From positions 62,001 to 108,255 of the forward strand of contig JAVECO010000071.1 of assembly GCA_051942205.1 (NCBI GenBank): a stretch of DNA of 46,255 nucleotides. Direction: 5' to 3'. Source of the DNA: Coniocarpon cinnabarinum (Eukaryota). Numbering within the stretch: the first letter of the stretch is position 1; each line of letters opens with the position of its first letter. Shown here piece by piece: positions 21,546-36,267 of this stretch. Below the pieces are notes generated by a model that made no database searches, was not told where the DNA came from, and saw nothing but the letters and a program-made list of their open reading frames with translations. The position numbers were made by a program, and so were the translations under genes.

Positions 21546-22541
21546 TCACTGATGCAACGCAGCGGCGCACTGCAACAGCATCAACTCTGGGAATGCATAG
21601 CGAGCAGAATAACACATACACATTATCGCATAGAGTAAGAAGCAAAGCATACTCAGCGAAGACACAACGTTGCGAGAGCAGATAGCGGGGATGCTTGCCT
21701 AGTACCAACGCGTAGATATACTAAGTATAATAGCCACATAGAGTCTAAGACGAAGTAGCCACTACTCTATCACCTATACACTCTTGGACAGCAGCCAAGC
21801 AACCTTTATCTTAGTCTTAATATTAGATTATATATTACTTGCCGGCCTATTAACCCTTAGATTCATGGTGCTTGTTTTTTTTAAGAGACGGGAAGAAGGT
21901 GTAGCTATGCAACAGCGTACGCTCAACACGGACTCAATGTAAAATGTATACAAAATATGTGCGATCATTAGAGTGTCACCTTCATGAGCGTTATTCTATT
22001 ATGCGTTTTGCTCTAATGAGGCTGGCTGGTAAGACAGCACGCCCCTACTTGCCCTATATTGCTTTGTATTTAGCAAGCTGCGCATGAATTGAGGGCTGAC
22101 TGCTTCAACCGAACCCATAGCAGGCGTGGATGTCTCTGCTTTTCGCTCGTTCACTCGCTTCACTACAGCGCATAGCGCCAATCGCTGGGTGCCATCCTTC
22201 AGACTTCGCAAAAGGAGTGTATCGTCACCGACTCTTGGTCTACTGCTCTCTGCTGCTACATGCTTGGTCTGGTGAAGATCAAAACACAAGGGAATATCAT
22301 CCTGTAATACTATTGACTGTAGCATCTACACACACTACACTACTAAGACACATCAATGAAACCACTGTAAAGTATCTCGTCCGGTCATCTACAGGTGCAA
22401 TGCGCAGGTACCCTCCCAATAACAATTTTCACTTCTGCACAGCGAAGACCACGACATCATGTTCCATACACTTCCCGCACTGACTCGTCTTCATTGCATC
22501 TTCCTTCCCTGTATTAATGTTTGTCGAACTCTGTGCACTCC

Positions 22542-25500
22542 TCAAAACATAGACACGGCGACGGCGACGGCCTGGTCATCCGAGTGACTAACACTAACAC
22601 TCACGCTCTTGACACCCGCTCGTGTGGCCGCAGTCTGGGCATCGCCCGTCATCTGAACACGTTAGCACATCCATCAATATCACCATCAATGAGCTGCACA
22701 TACCTTCACGCTCGGCGCGCCAGAGTCTTCACTCCCAATCTCAATGTCCCTCAAACTAGCACCCGCACCCTTACCTTCAACACCCAAACTCTTAAACACA
22801 GCCTCCTTCGCGCTCCAGCGCCCCGCAAATGCCGCACGCTCACCGCGCGCACTCTTCCGACAAAACGCAATCTCAGCTTCAGTAAAGTTGCGTTTGATGA
22901 ACGTTTCGTTGTCAATGGGTACAGCTGATACATTCTCAACGTCTACACCGACTTTCGAGTTGGCACCGGCGCCTGCACTCGCAGCTAATGCTGCAACAGT
23001 CTGCGCGGTGCCTTCTTTGGTCGAGGGACGCGGTTTCTTCTTCGAAGGGTACGCCAGATTACCCGGTGCTTTCTTGTCGGGTTCCACGCGGCTGGTGGGA
23101 TCGAGGAAGACGCGCTGCATTTCGCTGTCTTCGTAGGGACTCTTGTTCTTGGCGCGGAACATGGTGTTGTTGATCATGGCGTCGTGGTAGTATCTGTATG
23201 CCTTCTTTTGTCGGGCAGAGACCTTCTTAGCGTAGGCGTCGTACTCCGCTTTGTCGAGCGTAGCGAAGAGATATTTGGGATGCACGCCGATGGCTTGTGC
23301 GCCTTTCTGGCCGAAGCCGAAGGACGTAACCGAGAAAGCTTTCACGCCGTCCGTCTGGATCGAACGGTTGGGGTAGACGAGGTAGTCGAATTTCTCCATC
23401 GTCTTGTCGACGTTGTCGGCGTTGCGGTTGCCGGGCACGAGACCAGAGCCGAGGACTTGGAGACAGCCGTTAAACATCCATGCGCCTGCCGCGCCCTTGG
23501 GGTGACCCGTTAGGTATTTCTGGAAGATGCCCATGAGCGCATTGCCCTTTTTGCGGCCGAGATGCTCCATTTGCCTGCAGATGACTTCAGATTCGTTCTT
23601 GTCGTTCGCAACCGTTGATGTGCCATGGAATGACGCAACGTTTATGTCGTCAATGGTGAGACCCCAGGTGGCGAGTGCACCTCGCAGGGGCGCAATGCGT
23701 GAATCTTGCTTCCAGAAGTTGTTGCCGAGGTTGAAAAGTGCCTCCTTCTCTTGACGCTTGGCTTCGCGCTCGATGTGCTCAGTGCGCTCGGCCATAAACT
23801 CTTGGGCATCAATATCAGAGCCTTGAGCTTCCAGGGCTGAGACTTCCTCACGCATGTACATGAGTTCACCCTCTTGCCACTGCTTGATTTGCTGGCGGCG
23901 GAGGTCGAGCTGGCGCTTGCGATACTTGATGTCGAGTAATGGCGACGGGAACTTGCCTGGGGTTTCGCGGGCGGTAGTCAGAATACCCTGGCCTGGAGCA
24001 GGGACCGAGCGGCCAATCTTGTCGGTAGCGGTGGCAGTGAGGGCAACAATGCCGTGGATGGGAACACCCATATCGAGAGCAAGGCGAGCATCCATGACAA
24101 CCTGCATGCCACAGCCTTGGGATTCCATGAAGCCATTTCGGGTTGTAGTAGTCGGACGAGACATTTCCTGTGGAGTGCGACCGTGTTCGACTTCATTCTC
24201 TGCACTGCTTGTAGCCTTCATATTGGCAAACTCGTATGAGCCCTCCTCTTGGAAGTCGTCGAAACCTCCGACAAAGCACACGCGGGCTTTTCCCTCCACA
24301 ATTGTGTCGTAGGCAATGTCCATGGACTCTACAGATGTTGCACAAGCGCCGACGGGTGTCTTGATCGGACCCGTGGATGATAGTAGAAGCATGTTGACCC
24401 AAGCGCTCATCGTGTTGATGAAGGATTCCTGTAGTATGTCTTTTTGCACAGGCTTGTCCAGGTAACGGTCTTTGTACATACCGCGCAACGCTGTCGTACC
24501 GCCGACGCCTGAACCAACACAGTTACCGAACTCTGACAGATGTACGTACTTGTAGAACTCGTATGGATCAGTGATGCCTGACGCGAGCAGAGCTTCAGCA
24601 GTGCAGACCAAGACAAAGAGCGTGACAGGGTCGACTTGCGAGATGATGTCGTCCTCTATGCCGTACGTCTTTGCATCCCAACCGGTCGGCACTTGCCCAG
24701 CCACGAAACGATCGAATTTGAGTGCCTTAGGTATCATCAAAGTTGCACCTTTCTTGATCCGTACGCTGTATTCGCCGGATCCAGCTATCTCGAAGGTCTC
24801 TACCTTGTCGCCATGCTCGCGTTTGAACTCATCAGCGGTTTCCTTCGACGTCTCGAATGGATCAAGATCTTCCTCGATCTGCACTTCTTGCAGTAGCTGC
24901 TTCTTGCTTGGGTCGTAGCCCGAGAACAGTTCGGACTCAATGAGACGGATGCCTGAATGCTCGAGTATGTATTTCTCATACTTGGCTTTTATGTCCTTGT
25001 CATCAACTGGATCGCCGCTCTTGCTGTCGACCCACCCAGAGTAGCTTTTGCCTTTCAGCGGGCCATTGTGATTCTTAATGAGACCCATCAGCCAAGCCAT
25101 TTCAATGCAGCCCTCAAGCGAGAAATGGCCGTAAGCTTCCATCTCCCATCTAGTCCTCGAGTTTCCCCACGGTCCAATTTCGGAGAAGCCAGTGACGACG
25201 ACGACCTTCTCGAGGTCTACCATGTCTTTCAAGTTGGCGTTCAAGGGCTGCACTTCGGATGCCCAGCCTGGAAGTTGGGGAAAGTCGAACTTCATGTTTG
25301 CTCGAGGCTGGACTTGGACCTTCTTGTACAGCGCCTCACTGTCTTCACCATTGACGATCTTGTTCTCAAGAGCCGTCTCCTTGGTGACCGCTTTACGAAC
25401 CTCACTGGTTTCGGTAAGCTCTTTACGAAGATCAGTCATAAGTTCTTTGAGGTTTGGCAAGTACTGCATCCCCCCATTTAGGTCTGCAAAGACAGGCTCC

Positions 25501-28202
25501 ATCTGACACAAATTGACAATGGCAGGAGACATCAGGCCAAGCAAGTTGAAAGCCATTTCCTGTTGTGAGAACGTGCGGACACCAAGCTTTTCAACGCCCT
25601 CAGCAACCATGTTGTTGGCACTCATCAAGCCCGTACCGCGTGTCCAGCCAATGACGGCGCCGCAGATAGTGAGATATTGTGCCCAATTCTCAGAGTGCCA
25701 GCGATTGAAGAGAGTTTCCAAGGCAAGCTTCGATTCAGAATACAGCCCATCATTGCCAAAAGTTCCGTGATTCGGTGATAAGGGCAATATCACTTGGGCA
25801 GGCCTAGTCTCAAACCCGTTCTCTTGCTTTCTGGCTTTGACAGCACCGAGCATACGAACAAGATTCGTAAGCATGATGCGATGAGCGAGTTCTGACTTTG
25901 AATCGATGCTGTCAATCTCGCGACCGTTTTCGGGGATAGCGGCGAACGGAACGACAAAGTCGAGATCCCATCCTAGCCCCTTCTTCGAATCGTAAATGTA
26001 CGTCACGAGAGCTTCGACATCTTGTTTGCTTCCTTGATTGAATGGAACCACGACCAGCTGCGAACCACGTCCGCCAAAGCGAGAATACATCGTTTGATAA
26101 TACTCGGTGACTTCTCGAGAAAATCTGCTTGTCGTGACGACAACACGGGCCCCTCCGCTTATCAGACCTTGCAGTACTTCCGCGCCTATTGAGCCTGCGC
26201 CAGCACCAGTCATGAGGACATTCTTGCCTTGGTATGTGACTCCGTCTCGCGCTGCTAGTTCTAAGCCGTCCAGGTAAACACCTGTGAGCTTCTTGCTATA
26301 GTCCCAACCATGGGTGGTCTTTCGTTTCAGATGTAAGAATGGTACTGTCTCTACTTTGCCCTGCTTCGTCTGACCACTGACACGGACACCATTGCGGCCA
26401 GGCTTCTTCATGTGTCCATTGACCTTGCCATTTTCCGCTGGTATCATTTGACCCTCGTTCATGGATAATGATCTGAGGACGCCGCTGTATAGTGACTTGA
26501 TCTGGAGCTGCGATGTCTTTGACAGCTTGTGCTGCTGCTTGATGAGCTTGTAGATTTGCTGCAAATCATTCTCGACTTTCGTCCGGTTGCCATACTCTGA
26601 GATTTTGCCACCTTCGGCCATCTCTTTGACGTAGTGCTCAAGCTTACGGACACTGGCGCGTGGTGTTTCTTGATAGTTCAGGTTGCCGCGTGCATCGATC
26701 TCAAGGGACGGGCCGGTCGGCAATGCAACGTCTTTGTACACTGGTGCTTGACCAATGACATCTTTGCAATTGTCGATAAGCTGCTGTCCAAGTTGCTGTG
26801 CCAGTTGATACGTTTCGCCCTTCTCTGTGGGACAGTGATCGATATGGAACTGCATGAAATCCAAAAGCAGAGGATTTGAGCGGTTCATGATGTAGATGCA
26901 TCGACTGACAATCTCACGATCAACGACCTTCAGACGTCCGAAAATGATATCGTAAAACATGCTTAGGGCATCTTGTCTTGCCCAATTCCACGAGCTGTCG
27001 TAGACACGAGCTTTGAGCGGGCTAAACGAAGGCTCAATCCCCGAGGCGTAGAAGTCACCATGCTCAGTGTTCCACAAATCGAGCTGACTTTGTAGAACCT
27101 TTGAAGAGTCTTCTGACGCGGTGCAGGCTTTGTCGCCGGCTCTCAGATCAATCTTCAAATAGCGTGCGAATAGCTCCAGCTGTTGCTTGAACAACGCCTT
27201 TTGGTCCTTGGTGAGTGCATCTAGCGCCGCAGGGTCCATCATCATGCCACCGCCAGCACCCGCATCACCACCCGCTGGAGCCGTTGAAAGGCTGACACCA
27301 GCGTGGGCAGCGTATTTGTTGGCTTGTTCATCAAGAAACGCTTTGGCGTCATTTTCTGAGCCTAATCTTGCACCGGGTTCGTTGGTCATGGCTAATAGTA
27401 ACACGCCGTCTTGACGCCCCGATCCGAGACCCCAGCGAATCTCCAAGTGCTTGCGTACAGCTGTGATGTTGAAACCTCCAGGCATCTTCGAAGACACCAT
27501 CCTCGCGATCAACGACGATGACTGCTTTCCCAGCTGACCATTGAAAGTAGCTTGCATGCCGGCCCCCAGCTCATCGATTGGTGTGTCTTCTGGCTTCTCA
27601 GGCGTTGAACCAAATTCTTTTCCAAGGTCACCTAGAATTTCATTTTGTAACGTGGACTTTCCCCCAACGAGATCTTTGATTGCTTTGCTCAGTGGAATGT
27701 CTAAGAGGGTCTTCTTGAGCTTCTGAGCGACCAACGCTCTGAGAATGTCGACAGCTTTGACAGGGACATCTTCCACAGGAGCAGCCGGGCCACCTCCGCT
27801 CGCTGGTGCAGGTGTTGGAGCAGCGGCAGCAGCAGGTGCTGGCGCTGCAGACTGCCCTTGACTCGAAGGCGCACTCGTTGACTCTGAACCCGCCGCTGGT
27901 GTTGCAGGCTCTTCTTCTACTGGGTCTACGTCGTAGTAAATCTCCTTGGCATCCTTGTTGTAGCAGAGAATATCTCGTTGTATTGAGCGTGCGGCGTCGT
28001 AGGCCTCATATTTGGCAGCCAACGTTCTCTTCGCCATTCCACCAAGTGTCTCCGCCGGACCGACCTCGACAATCCGCTCCGTCTGCTTCTGAGCAAGAAC
28101 GACATCTTGTGTCTCGATCCACCGCACTGGCGAAGCGAACTGATATGCGAGGAGTTCAACGAGGAGGGTGTGGGCGAGCTCTTGCTCGACTTCGGGGAGC
28201 AT
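22542..28202 (-). CDS. FAS2: Fatty acid synthase alpha subunit (ACP-KR-KS-PPT), about 1869 aa, 2 exons
   Basis: [33 protein letters not shown] start; ACP Ser in [22 protein letters not shown] Cys in [28 protein letters not shown]. Intron GTATGT..GCTAAC..CAG 22703-22653; last exon 22652-22542 (..[16 protein letters not shown]). Confidence 0.98.
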
Positions 28203-29098
28203 GGCAAAGGATTTGGTGCTGAGAGAATGGGAGAGAGGAAATTTACAGTGGTGGTTGTATAATTCGCTGGAGCCTGACAGGCGTTGCTCTCATCACAGCG
28301 GGACCTGCAGGGAGGGGCGGACAGCAGAGGGTGAATTTTACAGCTGAGACGTGGGTGTGGCAGTCTCTTGCAAGCCGGCTTGGGTGTGGGAGGAAGGCGA
28401 GACCAATGCCAATGACGGGAGGGGAGAGTTGAGTCAACGGGTCGAGTGGAGAGGGTGGAGGGATTATTCGAGCAAGAGAGGTGAGTTGAGCATGAAACTG
28501 AAGATTCCGCTCGCTCAACAAGGTCAGAGCTTTCCCCGGATTCGGGTGTCGGAACGGCTAGTGCCAGGTGTTTCATACAATTCTCACGGCACGGCACCGC
28601 GGACCAGCCCTTGACCGGCAGCGACGTCCTCTCGTCCGAACACGTAAATGGCTTCTTCTGTATCGTGGCCAATCACCCCGTCACCAACACTACGACTGTG
28701 GTGGTTCTAGCGACGTTCTGAGGTAACGGAGCATTGAGTCAACGAAGCGTGACATATCAATCCGTGTAGAGCGCACGGACACCCCTTCTCCCGCACCTCA
28801 AGCTTCACCGGCGCAAAAGGCGCTATCAACATTTCAATTCACCACTTTTCCATCTTTTCACTTCTTGCCAGCCAGTCTCTCTCGCACTCTGCTTCTCTCC
28901 GGCTGACGGCCGACAAAGCAGCCACTGGCTGGCAGAGGGCATCACATCGTCAGCCTTTTCACCCTCACTCCTGCTTGAAGTCCCCCCATCCTGAAGCTCT
29001 CTGTGCTTTAGGCAGTAGCTTGGTAGCCTGCTCTGCCTCAAGTTTCTTCCTTAAACTCCTCCTCTCCTCGATCTTATTCTCGAATCAACCCAGCCAGC
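28203..29098. promoter_or_regulatory. Bidirectional promoter of FAS2/FAS1
   Basis: 896 bp between divergent ATGs. CGG/CCG-rich cluster at about 28535-28620; CCAAT (28669) overlapping SRE-like ATCACCCCGT (28672-28681); CT-rich tracts near both starts. Confidence 0.6.
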
Positions 29099-32000
29099 AT
29101 GTACGGATCAGCAGGTAGGTAACCTATCTCGTTCCCTGTGTGCCTACATCTTATTCCTAGCATCCACGCAATTTCCTCAAGCCCTTCAATGGGCCAGACT
29201 TGAACATTCCAAGCTAAGAAGCTTGCACACCTGATGTCTCATCTCACGGCTTGCAAGCCATGCTGACAGCAGGACAGGTCCTGCAACGGGCATTTCCACC
29301 CCCAGATCGGGCGCCTCCCTCCGCCCGCTCACCCTCTCTCACGGCTCGCTTGAACACACCTTTTTGATACCCACTTCATTACATTTCAATGCATCACAGC
29401 TAAAAGATGCCTTCCTGAGCACGCTACCTGAGCCTACGGATGAGCTTGCTCAAGATGACGAGCCATCGTCCGTGCCTGAGCTCATGGCTCGGTTCTTGGG
29501 CTTCGTTGCGCAAGAAGTCGAGGCTGGTGAAGAAGAGGGCTTCTTCGAGGAGGTCCTGAAACATACCATGACAGAGTTTGAAAGGGCTTTCTTGCGTGGA
29601 AATGAGGTGCACGCCCTAGCAGCGTCTATGCCTGGCATCGAGCAAAAGAAGATCATTACAGTACAGTCATATTATGCCGCCAGAGCTGCAGCTGACAGGC
29701 CACTGAAAGCACATGCTTCGGCATTGTTTCGAGAAGCGTCGGATGACAATGCCGTTCTCTATGCTATATTTGGCGGTCAGGGCAACATTGAGGAATATTT
29801 TGACGAGCTTCGTGAAGTTTATACAACGTACCCGTCAATGGTGTCGCAGTTTGTCTCTACATCTGCAGTACTTCTACAAGACTTGTCAAGAAACCCGCAA
29901 GCTGAGAAGCTCTACTCCAAAGGTCTCGACATCATGCGGTGGCTCCGCACGCCGGAGTCTCAGCCAGATACTGACTACCTCGTTTCTGCACCTGTCAGTT
30001 TGCCTTTAATTGGTTTGACGCAATTGGCGCACTACATGGTGCTCTGCAAAGTCATGGGTGTTGATCCATTGTACGTGCGTGAACATTTCAAAGGAGCCAC
30101 AGGCCATTCTCAGGGAATTGTGACTGCTGCAGCGATCGCCGCAGCAGATTCCTGGGAGTCTTTCGACGAGCGCGCCGCACAAGCAATCACGCTATTATTC
30201 TGGATTGGATGCCGAAGTCAGCAAGCCTTCCCTCGCACGTCTTTGGCGCCATCTATCCTACAGGACTCCATTGATAATGGCGAGGGCAACCCGACCCCTA
30301 TGCTTTCAGTACGCGATCTACCTATCGAGCAGATTCAAGGTCACATCAAAGCTACCAACGAACATCTCCCCCAGGATCGACACATTGGTATCTCGCTCGT
30401 CAACAGCAATCGCAACTTTGTTGTGACTGGACCTCCTATTTCGCTGTATGGGCTGAATCTGCGACTGCGCAAAGTCAAGGCACCCACTGGCCTCGACCAA
30501 ACTCGCGTCCCATTCACAGAACGCAAGGTTCGGTTCGTGAACAGATTCCTTCCAATCACTGCACCATTCCATAGTCCATATCTTTCAGGAGCGTTCGATC
30601 ACATCAAGAAAGACACTGCCGACATTTCATTTCACGCCGCAGATCTCGGGATCGCTGTTTACGACACCCATACCGGCAAAGATCTCAGAGAGTCAGCTTC
30701 TCAAAACATCGTCCCGGACATTGTCCGCATGATCACAGGAGACCGTGTCGAGTGGCGCAAGGCCACGACGTTCCCCAACGCTACCCACATCGTCGACTTT
30801 GGTCCCGGTGGTATCTCCGGTATTGGTGTACTCACCAATCGTAACAAGGATGGCACGGGTGTACGGACAATCCTTGCGGGGACCATTGAGAGCACCAATG
30901 CAGAAGTCGGCTACAAGCCCGAGCTTTTTGACCGTGACGCTGAGCACGCTGTAAAGTATGCTCCAGATTGGGTTAAAGAGCATGGACCTAAGCTTGTAAA
31001 GACCTCCGCAGGCCAAATTTATGTCGACACCAAAATGTCTCGATTGCTTGGTTTGCCACCCATCATGGTCGCTGGCATGACTCCCTGCACTGTACCTTGG
31101 GATTTCGTTGCTGCCACTATGAATGCTGGGTACGAGATTGAACTTGCAGGCGGCGGATATTATAACGACAAGACGATGACTGCTGCGTTGTCAAAGATCG
31201 AGAAAGCCATTCCTGCTGGCCGAGGAATCACTGTCAACTTGATATATGTCAATCCTCGAGCAATGGCTTGGCAGATCCCAATGATCGCGCGATTACGTGC
31301 TGAAGGAGTACCTATCGAAGGGTTGACAATTGGCGCCGGTGTGCCGTCCATTGAAGTTGCCAATGAGTACATTGAGACGCTAGGTATCAAGCACATCGGT
31401 TTCAAGCCTGGGTCGACTGAGGCCATTCAACAAGTCATCAACATTGCAAGGGCTAACCCCGGCTTTCCGGTTGTCTGTCAGTGGACTGGTGGACGCGGAG
31501 GCGGCCACCATTCTTTTGAAGATTTCCATCAACCGATCTTGTCAATGTATGGCCGCATTCGCAAGTGTGAGAATCTCGTACTTTTAGCGGGCAGTGGTTT
31601 TGGCGGCGCAGAAGATACCTATCCTTATCTAACCGGTACATGGTCTGAAGCATACGGATACCCACCCATGCCATTTGATGGGTGTCTCTTTGGCAGTCGC
31701 ATGATGGTTGCGAAAGAAGCTCACACATCACCCAACGCAAAGAAGGCGATCGTCGATGCGCCTGGTCTTGATGACGGCGCCTGGGAGAAGACCTACAAGG
31801 GACCAGCTGGAGGTGTCATCACAGTGCGCTCAGAAATGGGCGAGCCAATCCACAAGTTAGCCACACGCGGTGTTCAATTCTGGGCTGAGATGGACCAGAA
31901 GATCTTTAGCTTGGACCGCAAGAAACGTCTTCCGGAGTTGCAAAAGAATCGCGACTATATCATCAAGAAGCTGAACGATGACTTCCAGAAAGTGTGGTTT

Positions 32001-35000
32001 GGCCGTAACAAAGCTGGCGACTGTGTTGATCTTGAAGACATGACCTACTCCGAGGTCGTTCAGCGCATGGTCGACCTAATGTACGTCAAGCATGAATCCA
32101 GATGGATTGAGCCGTCTTTGGCCCGTCTCACTGGGGATTTCATGCGACGTGTCGAAGAGCGCTTCACAGCAGCAAATGGGCATTCTTCGCTTCTGCAAAG
32201 CTATACGGAGCTTGACAAGCCCTACGCCTTCATCGAAACTTTCTTCAACAAATACCCAGAATCGCAGACACAGCTAATAAACGCCCAAGATGCCCAGCAT
32301 TTCCTCATGCTTTGCCAACGAAGGGGTCAGAAACCTGTGCCGTTTGTGCCTGCCCTTGACGATCAGTTTGAATTCTGGTTCAAGAAAGATTCCCTTTGGC
32401 AGTCCGAGGACCTCGAAGCGGTTTTCGATCGTGACGTGGGTCGTGTTGCCATTTTGCAGGGGCCAATGGCTGCCAAATTTTCAACGAAAGTGAATGAGCC
32501 AGTGAAAGAGATACTTGACGGGATCAACAGCGCCCACATCAAGTTCCTCGCTCGTGACATATACGGCGACGATGAAGCAAACATTCCAACCCTAGAGTAC
32601 TTTGGTGGCAAGCTTCTCAATGCCACCGATGATATCACTGTGGACGGCTTGACGGAGACGTCTACTGACGATAAGCTTATTTATAAGCTTTCCGACTCTT
32701 CAAACGCAACGTTGCCTGATCTGCAATCCTGGATGTCCATTCTGGCAGGCCGTGCGTATTCCTGGCGACATGCTTTTTTCACGGCAGATGTGTTTGTGCA
32801 AGGCCAACGATTCCAGACAAATCCAATGCAGCGTATTCTCCGTCCCACGCCGGGCATGGTAGTTGAAATTTCACATCCAAACAACCCAACGCAAACCTCT
32901 ATCAGCGTACAAGAGCCTTGGATCGGTAGCAAGTACGTTGAGACGCTACGCATAACGCCCACTGGCGAGAAAGAGATTGCGATGGAGCTGTACGAGCATC
33001 GTAACGTCCTCGGGAAACCTGCGGCCTTGCTACTTAAATTCACATATCACCCTGAGACAGGCTATGCACCAATCCGTGAAGTGATGTCAGGGCGGAATGA
33101 CCGAATCAAGGAATTCTACTACAAGATTTGGTTTGGCGAGGAACCTTGTCCATTTGAAACTCCGATTACATCCAAGTTTGATGGTGGGCAATTGACTGTA
33201 TCGAGCGATACGATCAACGACTTTGTCCATGCGGTCGGCAACACTGGAGAAGCTTTTGTCGATCGGCCTGGCAAAGATGTATTTGCTCCTATGGACTTTG
33301 CGATCGTTGCAGGTTGGAAAGCTATCACAAAGCCCATCTTCCCGAGATCAATTGACGGGGACCTACTAAACCTTGTTCATTTGTCCAACAGCTTCAGGAT
33401 GATCCCAGGCGCCGAACCTCTCAAGAAAGGCGATACGGTGAGCACAACCGCGCGCGTTAATGCAGTACTCAACCAAGACGCCGGCAAAATGGTCGAAGTA
33501 TGCGGTGCCGTTATGAGACAAGGCCAGTCGGTGATGGAAGTAACAAGTCAATTCCTCTACCGAGGCGTATACAACGATTTCCAGAACACCTTTCAGCGTA
33601 CCGACGAAAAGGTCATGCACGTCCATCTTGCCACGTCTCGTGATGTGGCAGTCTTGCGGTCCAAGGAATGGTTCCAGCTGGAGAATTTCGATGCCGACCT
33701 TTCAAATCAAGTTCTCGAGTTCAAGTTACAGACTTTGACCAAATACAAGTCCAAGACGGTCTTCAGTTCTGTCGAGACGACTGGAGAGGTTCTTCTGGAG
33801 CTGCCAACAAAGGAAGTGATCCAGATTGCCAGTGTCGAATACAACGCCAGCACCTCGTACGGCAACCCAGTCATGGATTATCTAGAACGTTATGGCTCTG
33901 CTGTTGATCAGCCCATCAACTTTGAGAATGCCATCCCGCTCAGTGGTAAAACGCCGTTGGAACTCAAGGCACCGTCTTCCAATGAGACATATGCGAAAGT
34001 GTCGGGTGATTACAATCCAATTCATGTTTCACGTGTCTTTGCTAGCTATGCAGGACTACCCGGCACGATCACGCACGGCATGTATTCAAGCGCGGCTGTG
34101 CGTAGTCTCGTTGAGACCTGGGCTGCTGAGAACAACGTTGGGCGCGTGCGAAGTTTCTCCGCCACCTTTGTCGGCATGGTGCTACCAGAGGATCTGATCG
34201 CTGTTAAACTTCAGCATACGGGAATGATTGCTGGGCGCAAGATCATCAAGGTCGAAGCTGCGAACAAGGAAACTGAAGAGAAAGTACTTGTTGGCGAGGC
34301 AGAGGTCGAGCAGCCAGTAACGTCGTATGTCTTCACTGGGCAAGGATCGCAAGAACAAGGCATGGGCATGGACCTATACAACAGTAGCTCTGTGGCCAAA
34401 GAGGTCTGGGATCGCGCTGACCGTCATTTCCTGGATCAGTACGGCTTCGAAATTACCAACATTGTGAAGAACAACCCCAAGGAGCTAACGATACACTTTG
34501 GGGGACCGCGTGGTAAGGCGATCAGATCAAATTACATGAATATGACATTCGAGACTGTCGCTGCGGATGGTAGCATCAAGTCAGAAAAAATGTTTAAGAG
34601 CATCGACGAGAACACGACGTCATACACGTACCGCTCGCCAACTGGCCTACTGTCTGCCACTCAATTCACCCAGCCTGCACTGACGCTGATGGAAAAGGCA
34701 TCTTTCGAAGACATGCGAGCGAAGGGTCTGGTGCAACGAGACTCATCATTCGCTGGTCATTCTCTGGGCGAGTACTCGGCATTGGCGGCTCTTGCAGAAG
34801 TCATGCCAATCGAGTCGCTCGTGTCCGTCGTCTTCTACCGTGGACTGACTATGCAGGTCGCTGTGGAGCGAGACGAGCAAGGTCGGTCGAACTACGGCAT
34901 GTGCGCCGTCAATCCATCGCGCATCTCCAAGACGTTCAACGAACAAGCTTTGCAGTACGTTGTTGAAAACATCATGGAGACGACGGGCTGGCTTTTGGAG

Positions 35001-35531
35001 ATTGTGAACCTGAACGTGCAGAATCAGCAATACGTCTGCGCTGGTGACCTTCGCGCGCTGGACTGCTTGGCGAATGTGACCAACTATCTCAAAGCACAGA
35101 AGATCGACATTCAGACGCTGATGCAGTCAATGGAGCTCGACGAGGTGAAGGCGCAGCTGGTGGAGATCATCAAGGGTTGTGCCAAGGAGACCGAAAGCAA
35201 ACCCAAGCCGATCGACCTACAGCGCGGGTTTGCCACAATCCCGTTGAAGGGGATCGATGTGCCGTTCCACTCGACGTGGTTACGATCTGGGGTCAGGCCG
35301 TTCCGAAGCTTCTTGCTGAAGAAAATCAACAAGACGTCCATCGATCCGAGCAAGCTGGTGGGCAAATACATTCCCAACGTGACCGCGAAGCCGTTCCAGA
35401 TCAGCAAGGATTACTTTGAAGACGTGTACAAGTTGACCAACAGTCCGAAGATCAAGGACATCTTGGCGAACTGGGACAAGTACGAGGGAGCGCGACGGAT
35501 GAGCCAGGTGAATGGGATTGGAGCAGCATAG
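29099..35531 (+). CDS. FAS1: Fatty acid synthase beta subunit (AT-ER-DH-MPT), about 2089 aa, 2 exons
   Basis: Exon 1 29099-29114 (MYGSA), intron GTAGGT..GCTGAC..CAG 29115-29277, then [72 protein letters not shown]. Confidence 0.98.
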
Positions 35532-36267
35532 GATTGGCATGCGACAGCTACTTGTAATAGAACAAAGACAGAGGGGGCTCATCAATTGTACAATATTCTA
35601 GCCGTCACAGCGGGGCAAACTTGCACGTGACAATCATAGTCGTCTCCACGATGCTCATACTGGTGGCACTCATGTCCGGCAACTCCAGACGATGTGCCTC
35701 AGCAGGGCATCAAACGTCTCCAACGTGGTGCCCGTGACTCGCATGCGATGGGAGGTAGGTTCCAGGGCGCTAGGCAAAGCGAAGAGTCGACGACAGAATG
35801 AAACCATCCAGAAGGTGTACCCATCTGTGGGGCGGTGGAGACAGAAAAATGGAGAATCTGGGGTAGGCGGCTGGGCGTCCATTGGGTTCCAAGACAGTGG
35901 GGCAAAATCCTCTAGACGGCGGGGCGGGGCGACAATGAGACGAGGGCGTGATCGTCGAAAGACTGGTATGCGTGGTCGTCTTTTCTCCGCCTAGCTATCA
36001 CTCCGCTTGGGCTGACGCCTAGAAAAGACCAGATGAAAAACTCGGCTCGAGCTGACTGCGATTGATCGACATGTGTTGAGGAGAAGAGGTTGCAAAGCTT
36101 CTGGCACCACGTGCGGCTCCCAGTCGAGACCTTCCCCAACGCTCCCTCGCTGCTCCACTCTTGGCCCATCTCTCCCTTTCCTTAAAGCCGCATGCTCCCT
36201 GATAGACTCTGCTTCTGTGATACTCAAGGGAACTGTAAGTCACTCGCTTTGACCGTCCGAAACAATC

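Noticed and set aside
21180..22500. tRNA or other structured RNA gene between BADH and FAS2
   Set aside because: No A/B-box, cloverleaf or long stem was recognised by eye; tRNAscan-SE/Infernal would be needed to exclude it.
27926..28672. 248-aa minus-strand ORF overlapping the FAS2 start, and many other antisense or shadow ORFs
   Set aside because: Off-frame or antisense to well-supported genes, low-complexity, and without motifs; expected by-products of codon bias.
22542..35531. FAS pair as part of a secondary-metabolite cluster (aflatoxin HexA/HexB-like)
   Set aside because: Sequences are canonical primary-metabolism type with a PPT domain, and no PKS/NRPS or tailoring genes are nearby.
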